The translations under genes were made by a program, and so were the position numbers. Shown piece by piece: positions 23,473 to 36,254 of a stretch of 64,000 nt of DNA. The DNA is from Fonticula alba ATCC 38817 (Eukaryota > Protista > Nucleariida): the NCBI GenBank assembly GCA_000388065.2, contig KB932202.1; one strand, written 5' to 3'. Below the pieces are notes generated by a model. That model did no database searches and was not told where the DNA came from. It was given only the letters and a program-made list of their open reading frames with translations. The first letter of the stretch is position 1, and every line of letters starts with the position of its first letter.

Positions 23473-24131
23473 GAGCGGCTCGGGCCCCAGGGGTTCAGGA
23501 GATTCCGGAAGCCGGAGTTCTGCTTGACCAGGGGGGACTTCTTGCGGCTACGGCGGCCGCCAATGTGCCCGTCCCCGCCGCCATGGGACTCCTTGCCCGG
23601 GGAGGTGGGCCCAACGGAGGAGGGGAAATCCGAGTGCAGGCTGGAGGTCTGGGCATCACGGAGCATGCTCAAGCGAGACACGCACATGGCATGGTGGTTG
23701 TGCAGATGCTTGTAGTAAACGACCACCGCGCGCAGGCAGTAGGGCTACATGGCATGCCGCGGCAGAGCCATGGGGGGGGGGGGATTGGCACAGGATGGGG
23801 GCGGTTAGGGGAGCGTGTAGGGGGGGGAGGGGCGGGGGGGGGGGGGAATGATCCCAAGCGCGACACAGGCACGCACCAGGCACCAGATGTTGGCGTAGAG
23901 GGAGGAGGTGATGAAAACCGGCCAGCAGGAGATGATCCGGTCCTTGTAGCCAATCGAGGCCACCAGAACCAGATGGTGCGCCAGGACAAAGACAAATGTC
24001 AATGTGGTGAGGACTCGCCCGCGGGGAGTGATCGGCTCTCTCCGGAAGCGGATGAAGTAGAGCAGGAAGAAGAACAGCTGGATCGGCACGGCGATCATGG
24101 CCAAGATGTCGACGAAGACGATGTCTACCAT
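21650..24131 (-). CDS. 7TM-RGS protein (seven-transmembrane domain fused to a C-terminal RGS domain; AtRGS1/GprK-type architecture)
   Basis: ATG in TCCACCATGG context at 24131. TM1-3 MVDIVFVDILAMIAVPIQLFFFLLYF..WCL|PYCLRAVVVY; TM4 NQAILFTVANLVSLGLMLTALFL; TM5-7 with RDVYRIKQELL. RGS domain FEHFCIESWCAEIHLF..FIMTNSPFEINIPGHVRQ..IFLPAHRE. Donors GTGCGT at 23876, 23002 and 22490. A probable last micro-exon (21665-21650, ICRNH*) follows a GTGAGA donor; unspliced, the stop is at 21755. One unresolved frame change near 23250. Confidence 0.85.
23440..23470 (-). repeat. (CAG)n polyglutamine tract (11 Q) in the large intracellular loop of the 7TM-RGS protein
   Basis: The plus strand reads (CTG)n; the minus-strand translation is SRSQQQQQQQQQQQHSR. 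Confidence 0.8.
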
Positions 24132-24427
24132 GGTGGATATGAAGGGAGGCAGGCGCGCGGCTTGGGCGGCAGGAAGAAAGGCATCAACTGGGACCTCGAG
24201 GGAAGAGGGTGCAGGGGGGGGGAGGGGGGGGGGGAGGGGGGCGTTGGCCAGGCCAAAGGCTTCCGCGGAGGAAGAATATCCCGGATAGGGCGCTGCTGGG
24301 GTGCGGGAGAGAGGGGAGGGGGGGGGAGAGGTGAGGATGGTGGATAATGCAGAGGGAATTGCCAGCTCCTTGGGGGCGAGGAGGGTGGGCCGGCGGGGCG
24401 GCTTTTCAGTGTCCAGCTCGGCTGTGC

Positions 24428-24514
<87 letters not shown>
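24428..24514. repeat. (TG)n-(GA)n compound microsatellite at the 3' end of a putative 5'-leader intron of the 7TM-RGS gene
   Basis: About 34 GA units at 24446-24514, preceded by TG repeats. On the minus strand it reads (CT)n(CA)n-CGCACAG, a typical acceptor. Confidence 0.95.
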
Positions 24515-24516
<2 letters not shown>

Positions 24517-27500
24517 GTGCCGGCTGGCCTGCCACCGGGCACTGGCGCAGGTCCAGAAGTGCGGGGCCCGAGCGCGAGGCGAACATCCCGGTCCTCCTTT
24601 CTTTCCCCCGCCCCGCCCCTGAGTTGGGGTAGGGGAGCCGAGGACCGAAGGGGGGCCGAAAGGGCTGCGATCGGTCGAGTATGCGCGCATGCAGCGGGGG
24701 ACGCCCTGCCCATGCCCGCTCGGCATGGGCCGTTGCTTGGCCGATGGCAGTGGCTCCCAAGCGAGGAATCAGGACAAGCCCCTGCACTTAGTCTTGTCCG
24801 CCGGTCCTCCCCCCCCCGAGGGAAGCCGAGATGCTGTACGCACACTAAATGGCCAAGACCGGGGAAGTGGCGGAGGCCGGCGAACTGAGGTGTTTGTTTT
24901 TTTGCCGGGCTCCATGAAGCATGGAATGTGAATAGCCTTGGACAGCAAGACATGGGGAGAGAGGGGCGCCAGGACGCGGGGCAGAGGGGCGGAGGGGGGG
25001 CAAGGGGGGGGCAGGAATCTGATCGGAAGAATGGTGTCGGCTGTTTCCCCTAAGCTTGAGCGCGTGGGCATGTGTGTGTGTGTGTGTGTCTGGGTGTGCG
25101 TGTGCGCGCGCGCGTTGGTGTGGGCTGCCGAACGCATTCGGTCTGACCCCTTTGCCCTGGATGCCCCGAGGCAGATTCGGCTTTCGCCAAGCGGGGCTGG
25201 GACAAGCTCCAAACACGCGCACCGAGGCGGCCCGGGGCGGGCCGGGCAAGCGGACAAGCATGGAGACATGACCGAACACCGGGAGAGAGAGAGAGAGAGA
25301 CACCGAGCAGGAAAGATGCCGAGGGAGGGATGCACACAGAAGGGGGCGGGGAAAAGAGCCCGGCAGACAGGCGGGGGGGGGGCACGGCCGCCCGCACCGG
25401 CGCCCGCACCCGCGGATCCAGGGGGCCCAGCCGAAGACGCGCGATCCGGGGGGGCCTTCGGGCCGGCGGTGTTGGGAGGACCACTAGGGCGGAGCACCCC
25501 GCTTGTCGCGCCGGCACGAAGTCCGCGCCCCGGCGAGCCCGCCCGGGCAACGGGGCTGCAGGCGGCCGGAGGAGGGGGCGCCGGCAACCGGGCGAGTAGG
25601 ACAGCGGGGCGCACATTCACTCGTCACGCTGGGGCGCAGCAAGCGTGCACCCTCGCATGGGCAGGGGGTTCGCCCCCCGCCGGTCCAGACATCTGGGCGA
25701 AGCGACCCGGCCGGCGTCGGCGCAACCCGGCTAGCGGGCGGCCGGTGGGAAAACCGTCTGAGAAGCCCCCCCCCTGGACCGGCCGGCCAGCCGACCGACC
25801 GACCGGCCGGCCGGCGAGATCGCCCGGTGCCCGTGCCGAGAGGCGGGAACATCTAGCTACCAAGGGGCCGGACGAACGGCACACGCGTGCGCGCGAGCAT
25901 AGCCCCTTCGCGAGGGCGAGGGCGGCCTGGAAGGCGGGCCTGGGCGGGGCGCCGAGTGAAACCGGGCGTTTTATTTTCTCACAGTTTCCATTGTGCAAGT
26001 AGCACGGCCGGTGGCATATTGGGGCCGGCCGGCCGGCCGGGCTTGCCGGTCGGTCGGCGATGAGCTAATCTCACTTTGAAGGGGGATTTTTAATAACACA
26101 AAAGCCTGGGCCGCGTCTTCCGGCCGGCCGGCCGGCCGGTTGGTGGTCATTCTCCGAGGCCTTTCTCCCACACACTGCTGAGAGGGTAAAAAGACCCCGC
26201 CGGCCCCGGCAGGTGTTCCTGTCAGCGGAGCCGAACCGCAGGGTGGCCCCGGCTGGGAGGAGCCTTGGCGAGACGGGGCGCATGGTGTGCCGGCGCCGAT
26301 AGGCCAGGGCAGGATCCACAGGGCGGCCACCGGGCATGTTGCGGGACTAGTCGCCTGGATGGGCTGCCGGGCGCCCCAAATCCCCTCGAGGTGCGCCCCC
26401 GGTCGGCCGGTGCGCCAGGCCTGCCGGGGGAGCCGGCTTGGGCTTCCGTCGCCCGAGAGGGTCCCCCGGGACCGGCGGTCCCAACTCGCGCGGTGGGTGG
26501 ACATGAAGGTCCCGAGGCCGGCCTGGATGTCCCCCGCCCGAGGCGCGCGCGGCGTCGGCCCCCGCCCGCGCACGCGCCTCTCACGAACAACCACAAGGCC
26601 GACCCCGCCGCGGCGGGGGGGGGGGGAGCTGGCCTGCGTCCGGCCCTCCGTCCGGCCCATCCTGCGGACAGCGGTTCCCCCGCCCCCCTCCTCCGGCCCC
26701 GGGGTCCCTGGTCGACGCAAAGGCGCAATGGCCCTTTTGCCACGGCGGGTGTGCGACCGCCGGGACAGCCGGGCGTGCCTCGGAGCCGGGCACCGGGGGG
26801 AGGGGGGCCGGCGGCGTGTGCGCGGGGCGCGGGAACGAGACACCCCGGCGCCGGGTCTGCGCCGAGTTCCTGCCGGGGGCGCATGACTCGCGGCGCGTCT
26901 TCCGGTCTTGGCCTGGGGAAAGGGCTCAGGTGAGCTCGCGCGGCATGCGGACCATGTCCTGGCAGCTCTCCGGCCCGGCCACGCGCTCACTGGCTGTTGT
27001 GTGTGCCAACAAATGGGCAGGAACGCGAGCCGGGATGTCTCCCTCTCTGCCTCTCTCTCTCTCTCCCTCGCCCTCACCCCCGCCCCCCCCCCCCGGGGGA
27101 AGGCCATTCACAAGTGCGGGCGCCGGGCGTGCGCGTCGCAGCAGCAGCAGCGCACCTCCGCCGTCTGGCCAGACAATATGCCCATCGCTGCGCGCAATGG
27201 GAGCCGGAGCCGCCGCGCGCGATGGGCGCCGCCCCGCGCCATCGGCCTGGCGCCCCCCCCCTTCCGAGAAAGGCCCTCGGGGGGGGGGGGGCCTGTCGCG
27301 GCCGGGGCTCGGGGGGGGGGGGCAGGCGCCCCTGGAGGCCTACCAGCCCAGGGAGGCAGAGTCCCCCCCGGTGAGCGGGGCCGCCCAAGGGGGCGGCGGT
27401 TTCACACGCGGCCGCCTGCTAGTGAGCATTGTCCGAGGCCCACGCGGCCGCTCGGCTATGGCCGGCCGTTGATTTTAGGTAGCATGCGGGTCGGTGAGCC

Positions 27501-30283
27501 TCGTCACCGAAGTAGACAAGCACGCTCGCCCGGTCGCAAGGCCGGGTTTCGGCCGGCCCCCCCGGCGGCGGCACACCCCGGGGCCCGAGTCCTTTCCACG
27601 AACTCCCATCCTCCGAGCCCGGGGGTCGCCGGTGTGCCCCCTGCCCAAGGGGCCTTTGACCTGGCCGGCGCTGCGTCAAGCCCTTCGGTTCGCGGTAGCC
27701 CGCCGCGCTGACCATCCTCCCGGTGACAGCCTCAAACCAGGTGGACGACGCCCGGGGCCGGGGGGGGGGGGGGGGGCTCGCACGCGGGAGAGGCGCGCCC
27801 GGCCCCGGCCCGTCTGTTCGGTGGTCTCCCCCGGCGGATGCACCCGTCTTCGGGGTCCGCCGGTCCGCCGGCCGGTTCAAGCGAATCAGCCGGGGCTGAA
27901 CGACGGCCGGTGAATCATACGGGCGGAGTGCTGGGCGTGTGCGCGCGCGCGCGCGCGAGGCCCGCCCGGCGCCAGGCTGCTCGCCCTTCCGCTACACTAA
28001 AACCCCCGTCCCCCTCGCGGCCGGCCGCTCCGTCGCCGCCCTCTCCGGCGGCGGCCTCGTGCCCCGAGCGCGACGGGGGACGGCCGCGGTTCAGGTGGCC
28101 TCGAGGTCCTGCGCCAGGAGGGGGCACTCCGCCGGGAGCGGCCCGACCCATCGAGCCCCCCTCGGCCGCCGGAAAGATTCTCCCGGGAGGCTCCCGAAAA
28201 AAAAAAACCGCCACTCCTCGGCCGGGGTCCCCGCGCCTCGGGCCGCCGGGTCCCTCGCCCCTACCACCACCGGGGGCAAGGAGGGCGAGAGGTGGAGTCG
28301 CACTCGTCCAAGCCGCCCCCGCGCACCCCGGCGCGCCCGGGAGGACATAAGGCGAACAGCCGGCCAGAGAGACACCCCCCAGGCGGCCTGGTAGCCTGGG
28401 CTTTCTCACACGGAGGCGTCTCCTGTGCCATCCTGCCCGAAGGGCCGACCGGCTGTTGTCCTGACGGGGTGCATTCCCCGCGGTGCAGTGAGGGGGTCCG
28501 TCTCGCCTGTCTGGACCTTCCTGATGACTTCTCAATTAGCCGTCGACTTGCTTTCCTCACGCTGGCCCCCGCCCCCCCCCCCAAAGATGTTGCGGCGGGT
28601 GGGCAGAAACACACGCGCACCCCTCCCTGCCGCCGCTTCGACAGGCATGCGCCACCGCTTCTGCGCATAATGAGCCAACAGTTGCTCGGACATTTGGTGC
28701 CGATCAGCCGGCCGAATTCCTGCCCCGGCCCGGGGTGTGAGGCGCCCTGCGGCCGAGCTTTCCCGACGCCGGCGGCCTCTGTTCCCTTTGTCCGCGCGCG
28801 CGCCCCCCNNNNNNNNNNCCCCCGGGCCCCGTTCCCCGGCTTTCCGCCGGCCGCCCCCTTGGCCCCTCGCCCCGGGCGCACCCGCATCAAGGGGCACACG
28901 GCTCCGCGCCCCCTCGCCGAAAGATCCCCGATGGTATGTGTGTTGGCCACTGGCATGCACGAGCCCCGCGAGGGAGGCCCGAGCCCCGGGATGTCAACTG
29001 CCCATGTCTCCGGGAGAGAGCCCTCCCAGGGGGCGGCCTTTTGGGCGCTGCCAGGGGGGAATTGCCCGGGGAGCGATCGCCACACACGCGCGCGAGGGCC
29101 CACGACAACCCCCGTCCCATCCATATGGGCGCGCTTGCTGGGCTACCAGCGCTCTCCTGACCCCCCGTCTCTCTCTCTCTCTCTTTCACTTTCTCGCTGT
29201 CTCGCTGTCCCGCTCTGTCGCTTGAGTGCGCGCGCCCCGCCGTCCGCGGTCCGGGAATAACTGGTGCCTGCGTCCGGGCCCGGAGGCCCCTCGCCCAATG
29301 TGAGCCACTTTCGAACAGCGCCAATGGGTATGCCTTCTGGCGGAAGGGCGGCCGAGCACGGAGAGAAGAGGGCCCACGGCGGGGACAATGATTGCGGCCG
29401 AACGCCGTGGGGCTGGGGAAAATGCCCGCGCGGCCGGCCGCGCGGCCTGCCGAGGGCACTACCGAAGGTCCCCTGGAGAATGCTCATTAATACGCACCAT
29501 CCCCCCCCCGGCGAGCAGGCGCGGCTGGTTTCGGCCAAGCGCCCCGATCCAGAATGACAGAGAGAGGATTCTACAAAAACCAATGCATCACATCGCCAGA
29601 TTAAGACAATTAACCCACCGAGAGAGCCCGCGCCCCGCTAAAACGGCGTTCTAGTCGCCACAATAGCTGTGGCGTAAATCGAGGGGCCCCGGGCCCACCG
29701 TAAATTTGGCGATGCGCCATTCCCCTGCCGCAGGAGAAGAGGGAATGGCCCTGCCCAGGGTTTGTCACGGGGGGGGGGGGGGCGGGGCCAGATGTGGGCG
29801 TCGATCTGAAATGATCGGCCCACATTCGACATCCAACGCGGGGCTTGACCCTCCGTGGCCCTCGGCCTCCATCGACACCGGAGCCAGCGGAGCACATCCT
29901 TGGAGGACATCCCTGCCTCTGCGCCCTGCCTCCCCCCCCCCCGCCCACTCCCAATGTTCCCAGACAGCTGCCCTCCCTCTTCCACAAACGATACCACACG
30001 CACACACACACGCATCAAGGGGTATTGCCAGGCATGGTCTTGGGCATGTCCGGAAGCCCGCACCCCCACCACGACCAAGGTCGAGATACGAACACACAAT
30101 GAGAGGGGCGTGTATTGGGAAGATGGCCCACTCCTTTGGCCATGCCGGGCAATGTGCCTGGGAACGTACGGGGGAGGGTGCATTTTTGGATGCGACCCGG
30201 ACAGAGCCCACAGACCGGCCCCACCCGGGGCGCGCCGCGATCGCCCCCCCCCCCCCCCCCCCACCCTTTGCCAGGCATCGCCA

Positions 30284-33200
30284 TCACACCAACTTCACTT
30301 GGAAGGCCGGGGGCGAAATGCCCGTGCCGAAGGAGGACGCCTGCGGGAACATGCTGACCATGCCCAGATGCGAGGACCGGCCATCGGCCCCGGCGGGAGT
30401 GACACTGGCATCGCGGTCTCGGCCCCAGGCCATCAGCCGGCCACTGGCATACACGGCAAAGAGCCATGCCGCGTCGGCCGAGAAGGTCACCGCCGTCACC
30501 GGGTCCGTCAGGGTGGTGGCCGGGCTGGCCGAATCCAAGGCACCGGTGGTCGCGGTGACCAGCCCGGGTGGCGGCAAAACGCGCACCAACGACAGATCCC
30601 ACGAGGACCGGAGCTGAATGGCACCGGAGGACAAACCCACCGCCACCAGGTTGACATTTAGCCCCTCGGGAGCCGAGCTGATGGCCACGCAGAGGGGCGT
30701 CCCTTCGCGGGCCAGGTCCAGGCCGACCTCACCCACGAGGGCCCCATTGACGCTCCACAGGGCAACCATGCCGCCGGAGGCCGGGGGATCCGGCCCAAGC
30801 CCCGGAGCCCGGGTTCGCAGCGGCGACTGGAAGGCCGCCGGCGCCGCCGGTGTTGTGGCCGGCCCGGCCCCGGCCCCGGCCCGGGGCCCGGCCATTTGAT
30901 TGACGAAGGATTCCGGGCAGAGGTCGAGCGCCGCGCGACGGTCAGCCCGGCTGGCCGCCACCGGCGGCCCGGACACCGTAATGATGTCGCCGGTGGTGGG
31001 GGAGGCCGTCACAGCCACCATCGGCCCGGGATGCGGGCCGAGGGTCTGTGCACATGTCATGCTATTCAAGTCCCACACAAAGCAAGTCCGGTCGATGGGT
31101 CCACCTCCACTGAGGACAAAGCTGAACTCCGAGCAGACACTTGAGGCACCGGCCGGCACCGGGGGGGGGGGGGGAAAGCAGCGGCACATGTTAGTTCACT
31201 GGCCAAACCCATGTCCCCCTCCCCCCGAGGGGGAAACACGCGACACACGGAGGGGAAATAGAGAGAGAGAGAGAAGCAGGCCAAATAGGATTGACGTACT
31301 GCACGCAGGTCACCGCGTCCACATGCCCCGATAGGGGGACCTTGCGGTGGAGGATTTGCAATGGTGGCGCAGGGCGCGTCCGGGCCGCCTCCACCAGCGT
31401 GCTGACCACGGCATTCGTGGCACGCGGCGGGTGCCCAGTTACATCCCACACGGTGACCACGCCGCAAGTGCTGCCGGTGGCCAGAATGTGCCCCGGCCGG
31501 GAGGCCGCCGCGCAGGTGAAGTCATCATCATCCATCAGCGGCGGCCACAGGGCCGGGCAGGAGGGCACCCCGACGGCCGCGGCCTCCGCCGCTTGGATCA
31601 CCGCCGTCTCGGCCTCGTCCACCAGCACCCGCACGCGCAGGCTGTCCGGCGACACCATCGGCCGAGAGGCCGCCGCCACGCCACTGACCCCGGCTCCGGG
31701 TGGCATGGCTTGGAAGAAGTCCTCCACCATGCTCCCCGGGCCGCCGGGCATCGGCACCAGTGGGAAGACCTTGGCCCTGGAACCGATACCAGCACCGGAG
31801 CCAGCACCGCCGCCCGCACCCCCGCCGATGGTCAGCGGCGATGAGGGATGCGACGACCCGGCAAAGAGCCCAAGCCCGGCCCCGGGGCCGGCTGTCATCA
31901 GTGAAGCCGCCGACGTCGAGGGTCCAAGGGACCCGGTGCCCGAGCTCCAGGACAGCCTCGGGACCTGCGACTGCGAGTGCGACGGCTGGTGGTGGGGGCC
32001 ATACCCGATGGGCGAGCTCAGGGACAGGGTGCTGGGCGACTGACCAAGCGACCCCGGGACCGGGGGCGGCGGCGTGCCCACCGTCATGCCCAGCCCCCCG
32101 GTGGCGTAGTAGCTGCCCCGGTGCGAGGAGGCCACCGACGGCCGCCGGCTGCTGACCATGCTGGCGCTGCCGCCGGTGGTCGCTCGATCGCTGGCGGCCA
32201 GGGCCGCGGCCGCCAGAGTCACCGCCGCCGGCGGAAGATCCGACAGGGTGGCCATGAAGGCCAAGTCCACCTGGGTATTGGGCGAGTACTTGGACAGGGC
32301 ATGTGCCACGCGGAGGTCGGCCGTGGTTTGCCGTGCCACCGCCGTGGCCGCATCCGTGGCCCGCTGCACGCGCGCATGGCCGCGAGATTGGTGCCAGGAA
32401 ACCACACACGGCTCCCGGGCACCGGCCGCCCGGCCGCCGAGGCCCATGCCCATGCCCAGGGGCGAAGACCCGGCGGCCACCGGCAGCGCCGGCAGCATCG
32501 CCCGGCCAGGCCCCAAAACATACAGCGTCTGCGCCGCATCATGGTACCAAAGCTGGGCAAAGTGCAGCCCCCCGGCTCCGGGCGCCGCGAAGGGCAACTG
32601 CAGGGTCAGCCCACCGGCACGCGCGGCCGGCAGGCCGACCCCCCCGAGGGTCCCCCGGCCGTGGACCTGCTCCAGCAGCAGGCCGAAGAGGGCTTGCTCC
32701 TCGGAGCCCAGGTGCTCCAGACGCAAAGCCAGCAAGTCACGCTCCCATGCCGGGCGAATGCTGACCCAGGTATTGCCCACTGCCGAGCACAGGGGCGCCA
32801 CATCGGGATGCGTGCGACCCGGATGCCGGCTGGTGAACAACTGGGCCGGGGTCTGGCCGTAGCTGGAAATTTGGGTGATCACCGCCGCCCGTTGCGTCGG
32901 GTCCGAAATGGCATCGATGTCCACGCTGCCCTCATAGGTCAATGGGTGGAAGGTGTTCAGCGCGGCCACCGCCTCCGGGCCGGTTTGCTTGTAGCCAAAG
33001 ATCAAGTCAATCCAGTGGGCCAGGCTGGCCGACACCAGCGGCGACTCGAGGGCTGCCCGTTGCTGCCGGACAAAAAGACGCGCATCATGCCGCGCATACG
33101 GCGGCAGGAGGACATCGCTGACACGCTGCTCATCCTGCTTGATGCCCAGATCATAGCGGTTGGTGTTGATCAGGAACTCCGGCATGAAGAAGAACTCCGG

Positions 33201-36191
33201 GATCAGCTCCTTGACATCGGTGCTGGAATACCGGCTGGAAAGGTGCCACGTTTGCTCGACCGAGTGGAAGGTCCGGTCCGGGATGTCGAAGCGCCCATCC
33301 TGGAAGTTCAGGAACAGGTGGGTGAAGGGCTCCAAGCGAACCAAGAAGTGCAAAACAATCCCGGCATTGGAGTAGTGCGAGCCATAGTGGTACGGCACCA
33401 CCGGGCCCAGGCCCACGGTGAAGTCCCCGGGATTGGCCATGTGCTCTTCCTCCTGGGCCATGTCCTCCAGCTGCTGGTACTTGCGCACAAAGCGCTCCAG
33501 CCGGTCGGGACTTTGGGCACCCATGGGCCGGGTCAAGTCGCGGAAGGTTTCCCGCCGGGTCAAATCCAGCCGCGAGCTGGTGTAGTCCGCCAGGATGAAC
33601 GGGAAGATCGGATACTGGGACAAATCATTGAAGGTCCGCCCGGCCAGCGTGTTCAAGTGCATCAGGTAGTCGAAGTTGCTCAGCTGGCCGGCGGCCCACT
33701 GCCGGCTCAGATGCTTCAAGCGGGGGGGCTCCCGCGGGCCGGGAGGAGCGGCCCCGGTGTGACCGCCCGGCCCGGCCGGGCCAGCCAGCCCCCCATGGCC
33801 GCCACCGTGACTGGCACTGGCAGCATGCCGGGCGGCATCGGCCCCGCGCTGGGAAACATGCTCCAGCAGCAGGCGATCCACCTCGTCCCGGCTTTCCCGC
33901 GACCGGAAGGTCACCAGGTAGGTCTTGCCATTTTGCATGAAAATCTCCAGCCCATTGTTCTTCAGCTGATACCGGCGCCGGTAGATGGCGCTCACCCCGG
34001 CCAAGGGCAGGGAAAAGTGCCCATCATAGCGCCGCGCATCGAAGCGCTTGTTCTCCGGGAAGTGGCTGGGCCCGCGTGGTGACTTGGCCCCGGGCCCCCG
34101 GCGTGCATGGGACGCCACCGCCTCGCCATCCCCATGACCATCATCCGAGCCATCCTCCGAGAATGCGGGCTCCGGCACGAACACCAGGAACTTCTGGCGA
34201 ATCAGCAGCTCGCCGGTAATCTGACTGAAGGGGGTGATCCGCTCGCAGGGCAGCGGGCCGAAGATCACATTCTCCAGGGACATGCCCATGATGGCATACG
34301 GCGAGGCGGCCGAAGCGTGCACAAAGTCCCGGTCCCCGGTGGCCGCATGCCCGGCCGGGGTGCCGGGACCGGTGGCCAGGTCCGTCGGAGTCTTGGCCAG
34401 GACCACCGTGTCGACATCCTCGCCGAGGACCGCCAGACTTGCCACCGGCAGGCCGGAGTCCACGTCCACCGGTTCCGGGGGGATGCGCAAGCGCGCGCGC
34501 ACGCGCAACGCCTCGATCAGCTCCTCCAGCAGGATGGTCCGCGAAGAGGGGACCAGCACCGGGGCGCACAGGTGGCGGACGGTTGGCTGGCCATCCGGGC
34601 CCGGGCCCACGGCCACCGGCAGGTCCTTGGTGATGGGAGGCAGGACTTCGGCCACCGGGTCACCGGCGGGGGCCGCAGCGCCGGCCAATCCCAAAGACGA
34701 GGGGGCCGGCATGATGACGGCCGCCGCATCGTCCTCCTGGCCGGAATCCTCCTCGGCGGTGATGGAAGCCACCGCGTGCGACACGGAATGTGCCTCGGCC
34801 AGGGAAATCCGCGTCACCAGGAAGGGGAAGTCCCGGTTGCTCGGGCGAATGCGTGCCCGCACCCGTGATGGCCCCTCGGTCCGATCAAGCATCCACTGGT
34901 ACATGCCGACCGGGGCCGGGAGGGTGCTCGGGACCCGGGGATCCGGGTCATAGTGCGGCAGGGCGGCGATCTGTTCCTGCGTGGGCACCGTGGCGAAGGG
35001 CGACCGAGGGCTGGCCATGCGCTCAGCCACACGACCCCAAGTGACCATGACAAGGTGGTCCACCTGGTTGGCCTGCTGGGCCCGGCGCATGGCCGGCATC
35101 AGGGAGCTTGTCGTGTGCTCCATGTGGTCGTTGATGAAGCGTGTCCGGCGGAGGGACAGCTCCGGCCGCTTGAGGCTCGACGCATGGAGCACCTGATCCC
35201 GAAGCATGAGGCTATCGGCGCGGGCAGGGGACATGGTGGCGGCCGCCGGTGTGTCAGATCAGGAAGGGGACGAGAGAAAGGGAGCCCCCAATGGGCCTGG
35301 GCAGCGGGAAGAAAGAAAAAAAAAAAAAGAAGCAGAAAAGATGCCAGTGCAACAAATCGCGCCGCCCCCTCCTCCCCGTATGCCCACGCCCCTCCCCATC
35401 CCCCTCTCGGGGCCTTTGGGGGTGGTTCGGTGTCCTGGACACACGGCGCGCACCTGTCCTCGGCACACTTGGCCACCTTGGCACGCATGGCCTCGTCTTC
35501 CTTCTGGAAGTCGGCCCGGATCTTGAGCGTGAAGAAGTCCCGCACCGAGAGGGCGGCATCGGGCTGATTCAGCGGGGTGAAATTCCGCACAAAGAGGGCG
35601 GCCATGTCCTGCGACGACTGTGTTGGCAGGTTCATCAGTGGAATGGAGATGTCGGCCTTGGTCGAGGACTGGAGAACATGCCGGAAGAGGGCCATGGCGC
35701 TGCTGGCGATGTAGGCCTCCTCCGAGTCGAACATCAGGCTCAGCAGGAAGAGCATCATCTGCCGGAACTGGACATTTGAAATGAGCGGCCCGATGACGGT
35801 CTTGTTGTTGAGCAGCAGCCGCAGGGCCGTCTTGTGGACCTGCCGACTGCGGTTTGGCATCAGCAGGTAGATGAGCAGGTGCGTCTGCGGGAGGGGCACA
35901 TTGCACACGGTCGGAGTGATGGGACTGTCAGAGGAAGAGGAAAAACGCACGCAGCGCGCGCACACACACATACACACACACACACACACACGCAGCACAC
36001 ACGCAGCACACACGCAGCACACACGCAGCACACACAGCGCACACACAGCGCACACACAGCGCACACACAGCGCACACACAGCGCACACACAGCGCACACA
36101 CAGCGCACACACANNNNNNNNNNCAGCGCACACACAGCGCACACACAGCGCACACACAGCGCACACACAGCGCACACACAGCGCACACACA

Positions 36192-36254
<63 letters not shown>

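Noticed and set aside
29555-29575. ACAGAGAGGATT resembling the U6 snRNA ACAGAGA box
   Set aside because: No flanking U6 sequence or structure.
24938-30200. Many 100-380 aa R/P/G/A-rich ORFs in the gene-poor interval
   Set aside because: No recognisable motifs, composition reflects GC-rich noncoding DNA, and all six frames are similarly open.
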